DNA of 64,000 bases from Candidatus Helarchaeota archaeon (lineage in GTDB: Archaea > Asgardarchaeota > Lokiarchaeia > Helarchaeales > RDOG01), in assembly GCA_029838215.1 (NCBI GenBank), contig JALGVI010000012.1, positions 30,357 to 94,356 on the forward strand, written 5' to 3'. This document shows, piece by piece, positions 57,412 to 64,000 of the stretch (its first letter is position 1; each line of letters starts with the position of its first letter). The position numbers were made by a program, and so were the translations under genes. The notes under the pieces are model-generated. The model worked only from the letters and a program-made list of their open reading frames with translations, was not told the DNA's origin and made no database searches.

Positions 57412-59025
57412 ATGAAATACGTGCTTGATACGAGTGTCATCGTAGATCAGACAATATTAAATCTATTAGATGCTAAGAAACTCGAGGCACCTATTGAAAT
57501 TCTCGTTCCTAATGTTGTAGCAAGTGAAATTGAATACCAAGCCAATAGCGGCAAGAAAATTGGCAGGGATGGCATTAAAGTTCTCAATGATTTGCGAATG
57601 CGGGTTGAAAAAATTGAATATATAGGGAATCGTCCGACTTTAGAACAGATAAAATTGAGTGCATCAGGCGAACTCGATTTTTTGATCAGGGAAGTGGCTA
57701 AAGACCTCGGTGCTACTTTAATCACTGCAGATCACGTCCAAGCGTCCATGGCAAAGGCTGAAGGAATTAAAACATTTTTTATTCGACATGAAGAGTTAAA
57801 AATTTCGAAATATCATATTGAAGATTTCTTTGACCAACACACGATGTCCGTCCATTTAAAAGAAAAGATCAGGCCGATGGCGAAAAAAGGTAATCCCGGA
57901 CATTGGAAACTCGTACAACTTGCAGAAGATATCGTGCTCCCTAAAGATCTTCACGATTTTGCCATGCATTTAATTTATGAGGCAAAAAAAAGCACCGATG
58001 GATTTTTGGAAATTGATGAAAAACACGCAAAAGTGATCCAGCTACGTGATTTTCGCATCGTCATCACGTTCCCTCCTTTCTCAGACGGTTTAGAAATTAC
58101 AATCGTGAAACCAATAAAGAAATTGACCATCCAAGATTATGGACTCTCACCACGACTTCTTTCAAGATTTGAAGGCATAGCAGAAGGAATTCTTATTTGT
58201 GGACCACCTGGTTCGGGAAAATCGACTTTCGCAGCCGCACTTGCGGAATTTTATTCTTTAAAAGGTAAAATCGTTAAGACAATAGAGCGTCCACGAGACC
58301 TTCAAGTAATAGAAGAAATCACGCAATATACCGCCCTCGATGGAGATTTTGAGAAAACCTCTGACATACTCTATTTAGTTCGACCTGATTACACCATCTT
58401 TGACGAAGTAAGAAAAACTAGAGACTTTGAAATTTATGCTGATTTGAGACTTGCTGGCGTGGGGCTTGTCGGCGTTGTACACAGTAATGGTGCAATTGAA
58501 GCCATTCAGCGAATGATAGGTCGCGTCGAACTCGGGTTGATTCCTCAAATTATTGACACCGTCATCTTCATTAGTGAGGGAAGGATCGAAGAAAAGAATA
58601 TAAACCTCTTGAACTTGGTCGTGAAAGTTCCTAGTGGGATGTTTGAATCCGATCTTGCCCGACCTGTTGTTGAAGTGCGGAACTTAGATGGCGAACTCGA
58701 ATATGAAATTTATTCTTTTGGAGAACAGGTCATCGTGGCTCCCGTTGGTCAAAAGCGAGTATCTCGATCAGAAAAACAACTCGTAAAAAATCTTTATAAA
58801 GAAATTTCCAAAATTCTTCCCGCAGGGTCCTTCCAGATTGAGTCAACTCCTCGCCCGAGTCATTATCAAATTTTCGTGGATGCTCTTGACATACCCATCC
58901 TTCTCGGTAAAAAAGGGAAGACCATTGATCGACTTGAAAACATGTTTTCCGTGTCGCTTGATGTTAAAGAATCATCAATGCAAAATAAGAAACAGAAAAA
59001 AAGAAGAAAGAAGAGAAAAAAATGA
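57412..59025 (+). CDS. PINA-type PIN-ATPase-KH protein
   Basis: PIN (YVLDTS), Walker A GPPGSGKST, FDEVR, KH motif GKKGKTI. Confidence 0.9.
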   Translation: MKYVLDTSVIVDQTILNLLDAKKLEAPIEILVPNVVASEIEYQANSGKKIGRDGIKVLNDLRMRVEKIEYIGNRPTLEQIKLSASGELDFLIREVAKDLGATLITADHVQASMAKAEGIKTFFIRHEELKISKYHIEDFFDQHTMSVHLKEKIRPMAKKGNPGHWKLVQLAEDIVLPKDLHDFAMHLIYEAKKSTDGFLEIDEKHAKVIQLRDFRIVITFPPFSDGLEITIVKPIKKLTIQDYGLSPRLLSRFEGIAEGILICGPPGSGKSTFAAALAEFYSLKGKIVKTIERPRDLQVIEEITQYTALDGDFEKTSDILYLVRPDYTIFDEVRKTRDFEIYADLRLAGVGLVGVVHSNGAIEAIQRMIGRVELGLIPQIIDTVIFISEGRIEEKNINLLNLVVKVPSGMFESDLARPVVEVRNLDGELEYEIYSFGEQVIVAPVGQKRVSRSEKQLVKNLYKEISKILPAGSFQIESTPRPSHYQIFVDALDIPILLGKKGKTIDRLENMFSVSLDVKESSMQNKKQKKRRKKRKK

Positions 59026-59077
59026 ACCACGATGAAATTTCTTTTCTCACGTGAGAAAATGAGAAGAAATTGAAGAA

Positions 59078-60925
59078 TCAATTCTTTTTTAAATATTTAA
59101 TGAAAAATACAAGACCAGTGATAAAGCCGATCATGGAAATGATGAGCTTTACGTTGTCCACAAATGCCAAGAATAGTTTTATTTGACTCAACGGAGGCGC
59201 ATTCGGAGAAAGACCAAGTCCGATATAAAAATTCGTGACTGTTGCAAGGTACAATTGTAGAAAAGAATATATTGCTATCGTGCCGATGAAAAGAGCAACA
59301 AGACCAAAACCAAGAATGATCCGGGATTTATAAGAACCGCTTCCAGATAAAAGTCCCATTTCCTCTTTATCAGTATCTTTTTTCTCATCGTCTATTGTAA
59401 GGTTGTATGCCGTTCGAAAAGCAGAATATACCATCAATGACATGGTTATTAACATGGAAATCGGAAACCTAAAATCAAAAGTATAAAGAAATGCGACATC
59501 GGCGAAAATAATTGCACCCCGTCCGAGTGCTCCAAGAATTGAGAACATTTGTCCGGAAAAGACTAGTCCAATTGTAACGAACGCCGCTATATAATCATTC
59601 CAATAGAATATGATATAATAACCAATTATCCAAATACACAAGGCAGCGATTGTAAAAACCAATCCCGTGATTTTTATGAATTTCTTCCAAGATCCCTTTT
59701 TTTTCGCAGCATAATCTCGAAACATTCGGTAAATGGATTTAATAATCAGAATTTGAAAATATCCAAAAAGAAAAAATGGCGGAATCAAGAATAGAAAAAA
59801 CCAATAATAAAAATAGCCAAAGCCGAGAAATATTTCTACGTGAAAAGAGGGTACCGATAAGGCGAGAAGGTTTATAAAATTCAAACCAAATGATAGCGTC
59901 TGAAATATGAAGGCTGCAATAATGGCAAGACCGACACCGATTACCCTGTGGTGCTCCTGTCGATCAAAAACTTTGATAATTACAGGAATGAAAATTAATA
60001 CAGCAAGCCAAATAAAATATATTGGCTGGATGGGAACCATTGTGGAAAGATCTCTAGCATAAAGGAGCTGTTTTATGAGGAGATTATAAAAAATGAATAC
60101 GGATGCTAATGCTTGAGTAAAACCAATCCCGAGACACATTAAAATATTTTTTTTCGTGCCTTTTCCATACCACAAGATCAACGTTATCGTCCATGCAATT
60201 AAGAATAATAAAATGGGAAACATCAATGTCCAAAGACCGATAACCTGAATAAAAATGAGTGATAGGGCATTAGTCCCAATGATCATCAGGACTAAAAATG
60301 ATAGATTTATTATTAACTGAACGAACGTTGAAAGAAAGAATAGAAATGGTAAGAATATGATGAGTGGAGCGATTTTTTGTTTCTCCACGTCATCATGAGA
60401 AAGTGCCGCCCAAAGAAATAAAAAACAAAAAATGGGAGGACTGATGATGACAAGAAAGAAAATCAGGAGTGGTACGAATGATCCCGAAAACAAAACGAAA
60501 GAAAAAAAGCCGGTCGTTTTTACAGATAAATTGACATAAAATAATGGAGTAAAAGCATATAATATCAATGTAATTATGATTCCAAAACATATCATGTAAA
60601 TGAACCTAAGAATGGCGGTGAGTCCCGAGCTAATTTTCTCATCATTTATTGGGAGTAAATAACGCAACAAGGAATTAAACAATTTCATGATTTTATTGTT
60701 AGAATAATGGACGATAGACAATGCAAGAGATATCGAAATATACAGGATTACCACAACACAAGCCAGTATCCGAAGTATTATATTAGCATAATATGATGTG
60801 TAAAGAACTATTCCGATAATAGATGCAATGCTTAAGCCGATGGTCAAGTACAAGTATTTCCTACTTGAAGATTCATCTTCTTTTGTCATGGAATCTTGAG
60901 TTCCGACTTTTTCCTCGTTCATCAT
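59078..60925 (-). CDS. Large polytopic membrane protein of unknown function
   Basis: About 14 hydrophobic segments. Confidence 0.75.
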   Translation of the reverse strand: MMNEEKVGTQDSMTKEDESSSRKYLYLTIGLSIASIIGIVLYTSYYANIILRILACVVVILYISISLALSIVHYSNNKIMKLFNSLLRYLLPINDEKISSGLTAILRFIYMICFGIIITLILYAFTPLFYVNLSVKTTGFFSFVLFSGSFVPLLIFFLVIISPPIFCFLFLWAALSHDDVEKQKIAPLIIFLPFLFFLSTFVQLIINLSFLVLMIIGTNALSLIFIQVIGLWTLMFPILLFLIAWTITLILWYGKGTKKNILMCLGIGFTQALASVFIFYNLLIKQLLYARDLSTMVPIQPIYFIWLAVLIFIPVIIKVFDRQEHHRVIGVGLAIIAAFIFQTLSFGLNFINLLALSVPSFHVEIFLGFGYFYYWFFLFLIPPFFLFGYFQILIIKSIYRMFRDYAAKKKGSWKKFIKITGLVFTIAALCIWIIGYYIIFYWNDYIAAFVTIGLVFSGQMFSILGALGRGAIIFADVAFLYTFDFRFPISMLITMSLMVYSAFRTAYNLTIDDEKKDTDKEEMGLLSGSGSYKSRIILGFGLVALFIGTIAIYSFLQLYLATVTNFYIGLGLSPNAPPLSQIKLFLAFVDNVKLIISMIGFITGLVFFIKYLKKN

Positions 60926-60946
60926 CCTTTGCCTCTTTTCACGCGA

Positions 60947-61954
60947 TTAATAATCTCCATCGTCATAAGTCTCTTCATAAGTAGGTTCTGAACGATCCTC
61001 GATAGCTGCAGACAGCTTGTCAAAGAAAATACTAATCTGAGAAGCAATTTTTTCAGGGAGCTCTTCATGCGGTAAGGGCCACAAGCGCCGTCGTTCTGCG
61101 AAATAACCCCCGAAATATCCCGTAAGAATTATGGATACTACTTCGAATGGCAACATAAGGACAAAGAAAACGAAGATATTTAGCTGGTATGACGGAAATA
61201 TGTTGACATTTTCAATTATTAACGTGATCACAAACGTCACGATGACAATGAGCAGGCTGCCCCACAATCCCTTACGTCGTGACCCCGAAATCACTCCCGA
61301 TACGAAACCCGGAAGTAGAAAAGAAGTAGATAACATCACCATTATGGCACCGATCCCACACGCAACGAGAGTTTGGATGTTTATGAATTCCGTTGGGTCG
61401 ATGCCATCTGTCAAATCTATTATGAAACCGGGGATTGATATATGCGATAAAGTCTGAATTCCTCCAAGTACACCGATGGTTGTCTGATAAATGAAAAATA
61501 CGGCAAGAACGGCTAAAACAAGACCTGCCGCCGGTCCCAAAAACCAAAGCGAGCGATCTGAAACTTTACTTTTAATCGTCTTATCCAAGAACTTTTTAAA
61601 ATCTTCGTCCTTGTCTGTAATGCTTTTAATCTGGGGATCGTTTATTTTTGGAAAACTATGATAGAATTCAATTAAAATGACTTGCAAGAGATTATTAAGC
61701 AACGTGAGATTATCTCTCCGATCAGCAATAAAAACTCCAATGATTGGTACCACGCCGTGCCGTCGAATGACCATTTGTTGATTTCCTGCCATTTGGAGAG
61801 CTTGGAGATCTTCACCCATGGCTTCAAGAGCAAATGAACCCAAAGCCGTGATGAAACCGGAAAAAATTTGACTGTCAACGTCTTCGAGCTTGCTGTAATG
61901 ACGTTCGTAAATACATGAACCGTGTTCATTGATTACAAATACTGATTTTATCAA
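60947..61954 (-). CDS. Longin-like domain fused to four TM helices
   Basis: TTG 61954 with GGGG SD; VFVINEHGSCIYER...IFSGFITALGSFALE longin signature; 4 TM segments; acidic tail. Confidence 0.75.
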   Translation of the reverse strand: MIKSVFVINEHGSCIYERHYSKLEDVDSQIFSGFITALGSFALEAMGEDLQALQMAGNQQMVIRRHGVVPIIGVFIADRRDNLTLLNNLLQVILIEFYHSFPKINDPQIKSITDKDEDFKKFLDKTIKSKVSDRSLWFLGPAAGLVLAVLAVFFIYQTTIGVLGGIQTLSHISIPGFIIDLTDGIDPTEFINIQTLVACGIGAIMVMLSTSFLLPGFVSGVISGSRRKGLWGSLLIVIVTFVITLIIENVNIFPSYQLNIFVFFVLMLPFEVVSIILTGYFGGYFAERRRLWPLPHEELPEKIASQISIFFDKLSAAIEDRSEPTYEETYDDGDY

Positions 61955-61994
61955 CGTGATTTCCCCTTTTCTATTCTTTAAAGTCAAGTTAGAG

Positions 61995-62093
61995 TGGCGG
62001 ACTCGCTGGGATTTGAACCCAGGACTACAAACTGTCTCCAATGTCATGGCATGTTAGGAGGCTTGTGCCCTATCCAGGCTAGGCTACGAGTCC
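61995..62093 (-). tRNA. trnR: tRNA-Arg(CCU) with a 21-nt intron at 37/38 (62034-62054); CCA encoded
   Basis: GGACUCG/CGAGUCC acceptor stem, CAAGC-CUCCUA/A-GUUUG anticodon arm, CUGGG-UUCAAAU-CCCAG T arm; CUCC/GGAG central helix. Confidence 0.92.
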
Positions 62094-62815
62094 GTAATAG
62101 TAACTTGTCCGCTTTTTTTATCTTTTACTCTTTGTTCAACGGAATTCTCCTTTCCGATCAAGACAACGTCTGTCATGTCAAGGAATAATCCATTTTCAAC
62201 GACACCTGGGATGAGATTTAAATCGCGTTCCAGTGTTTCGGGATTAGATATGGCATTGAATTTGGCATCAATGATGAAATTTCCATTGTCCGTAACAACA
62301 GGTCCCAACTTTCTTGAAGCCAAACGAATTTTAACATCTTGCGTGTATTTTTCCTTGATAGCTCGCAAGACTGTTTCGTGGGCTTCGGGAATGATAGCAA
62401 TGGGTAAGGCAAATCGCTCTCCTAGAGTCTTGACCAATTTGGAAGGATCAACAATGATAATGAGGCGTCTTGCCGCAAAATCTACGATTTTCTCCAAGGT
62501 TAATGCCGCCCCTCCGCCTTTGATCAGGTTCAAGTTCGGATCAACTTCATCTGCGCCATCAATTGCCACATCCACAATTGGATGTTCTGCCAATGTCGTG
62601 ATGGGAATGCCATTTTCAATTAAGAGAAATCTAGTCTCATATGAAGTCGGTATTGCCCGAATGTCAAGACCATCGCGTTTCATGCGTTCTTTCAAAAAGC
62701 CAATGGCATATCTAACGGTTGAGCCTGACCCTACCCCGATAATTCTATCAGAATCGTGAAGCAAGTCAATGGAACGTCTCGCCGCAAGTTTCTTTCCTTG
62801 CTCTTGGTTTGTCAT
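62084..62815 (-). CDS. rpiA: Ribose-5-phosphate isomerase A
   Basis: GVGSGSTV, DGADEVD, IKGGGAAL, TDNGN, GVVENGLF. Confidence 0.96.
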   Translation of the reverse strand: MTNQEQGKKLAARRSIDLLHDSDRIIGVGSGSTVRYAIGFLKERMKRDGLDIRAIPTSYETRFLLIENGIPITTLAEHPIVDVAIDGADEVDPNLNLIKGGGAALTLEKIVDFAARRLIIIVDPSKLVKTLGERFALPIAIIPEAHETVLRAIKEKYTQDVKIRLASRKLGPVVTDNGNFIIDAKFNAISNPETLERDLNLIPGVVENGLFLDMTDVVLIGKENSVEQRVKDKKSGQVTITDS

Positions 62816-62955
62816 TTATCGCACCAATTTTATTTTTATGAGAACAAATTTTGAGTAATTTTATAAAAAAGATTCGAGGAAAATTTGGAAAAAAGGAATT
62901 AACCAAAAGAACGATATATTATTTTTTGCCATATGTGATTTAGACTTATTTCCTC

Positions 62956-63441
62956 TTGAAAATGAACCCGTTAATCAAAGTGCCTTCCATGGAAGATCGT
63001 GAAGAAAATTCTCAAGTAAAAAAAGACGATATCGAGAAAGATATAAATGATCTTGATGAAGATGTCGATTTTTCGGAAGTAAGTGTCGAGATTCCTGACG
63101 GTAAAGATGCAGAGAAACACACGGATTCGCTTGCAATGTTCTTTTTCTTGGTGTTTGGTCTCGTCGTCTCGTATTTAGTACTATCATCAATATATGGTTT
63201 TTTTCCATTTACATTCGAAGGACAGTGGATTGGTAGCCCACCAATTTTTGTAGGTAGTGGTGAGCGTATTCTAGTCTTCCCTCAATTTTTCTTCTTCCTC
63301 TATTGGGTCGGCGTGGTCTTCTTGGTTTTAGGCATCATTCGCTATACGAAGGATTTTTACGTCATTGGCTCTTTTGTTGGAGCAGGATTCATTGTTTTTT
63401 TCATGTTAATAATAATATTTTTTTATTTAGTCAATCCCTAA
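62956..63441 (+). CDS. Membrane protein with acidic N-terminus and 3 TM segments
   Basis: ORF hydropathy. Confidence 0.65.
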   Translation: MKMNPLIKVPSMEDREENSQVKKDDIEKDINDLDEDVDFSEVSVEIPDGKDAEKHTDSLAMFFFLVFGLVVSYLVLSSIYGFFPFTFEGQWIGSPPIFVGSGERILVFPQFFFFLYWVGVVFLVLGIIRYTKDFYVIGSFVGAGFIVFFMLIIIFFYLVNP

Positions 63442-63481
63442 AAGAAAAAAAGAAGAAAAATAAACACCACATGGTGCTTTT

Positions 63482-63982
63482 TTAGTAAAGATCTCGTCTC
63501 TCTCTTATTTTATTAATTAATTGCCAAGCAACTCCGCCAGCCGTTCCCGAGATTGTTAGAAGTATTAAATTTGGCAATGCCATTAAGAGAATTGCAGCCG
63601 CGGCGATATATAGTCCCCCATATAGCAGTGGCCCTGTGAAAAGAAGACCCTTTGTGATGATGACAAGCATTACCAAAACAACGTCAAAGAAATACACCAT
63701 TATTCCGGTTATTGCAGCAGTTTCGAGGGCGCCGAACCATTCCTTTGATAAGATTCCAACGACAATACCTGTAGAAATCCAAGTGATCGTAGAACAGACT
63801 ACTATGGGAATATAACTTGCTTGAGTTATCCCCGCCGTCATCATGTATTCCATGAAAAATAAATTGCTCCAGAGAAAAGCCGTTGGTGCAATTAAGCTGA
63901 TAAATACGATTTCGAGTAGGATCAAATAAAGGATGTCAAAAGGATTGGTAATGCTTAAAGCCCCTAATACCATTTGAACCAT
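63482..63982 (-). CDS. Four/five-TM membrane protein
   Basis: Hydrophobic ORF with small-residue GxxxG-like motifs. Confidence 0.65.
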   Translation of the reverse strand: MVQMVLGALSITNPFDILYLILLEIVFISLIAPTAFLWSNLFFMEYMMTAGITQASYIPIVVCSTITWISTGIVVGILSKEWFGALETAAITGIMVYFFDVVLVMLVIITKGLLFTGPLLYGGLYIAAAAILLMALPNLILLTISGTAGGVAWQLINKIRERRDLY

Positions 63983-64000
63983 TTTAATGGCAGTCCCGCC

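Noticed and set aside
61955-62047. N-terminal extension of the longin-TM ORF as given in the track
   Set aside because: It overlaps tRNA-Arg; TTG 61954 with an SD is the more plausible start.

Overview
Window from an archaeal chromosome, almost certainly an Asgard archaeon (Loki/Helarchaeia-like; inferred from gene content, not a database search). Archaeal informational genes (rps19e, rpl39e, rpl31e, pelota, csl4, nop10, alba, pcna, tfs, rpoL, endA, PINA) sit among eukaryote-signature-type genes: a ubiquitin-like protein ending in GG, a Rab/Arf-like small GTPase, longin-like domains and an IFT52/GIFT-like domain. Metabolic genes include PorA/PorB, GlcD/GlcF-like, LipS2-LipS1-ligase, SerA, FixC/FixX-like, MtnA and RpiA. 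Highlights that the ORF track does not show: (1) a circularly permuted PorB whose TPP-binding motif is split between its two termini while all four cluster cysteines are kept; (2) a tRNA-Pro(CGG) with three BHB-bounded introns (22/23, 37/38, 59/60), plus a one-intron tRNA-Arg(CCU) and a His-less splicing-endonuclease subunit; (3) an 845-bp toxin-antitoxin islet flanked by a 96/97-bp direct repeat of a host gene 3' end; (4) a 964-aa TrmB-like protein containing two separate arrays of 35-aa and 37-aa helical repeats; (5) an Rpn-like nuclease with 27-bp repeats and a possible internal antitoxin start; (6) an Lhr C-terminal Zn domain detached from any helicase. No CRISPR array, rRNA or integrase was seen. 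All family calls come from motif recognition by eye.
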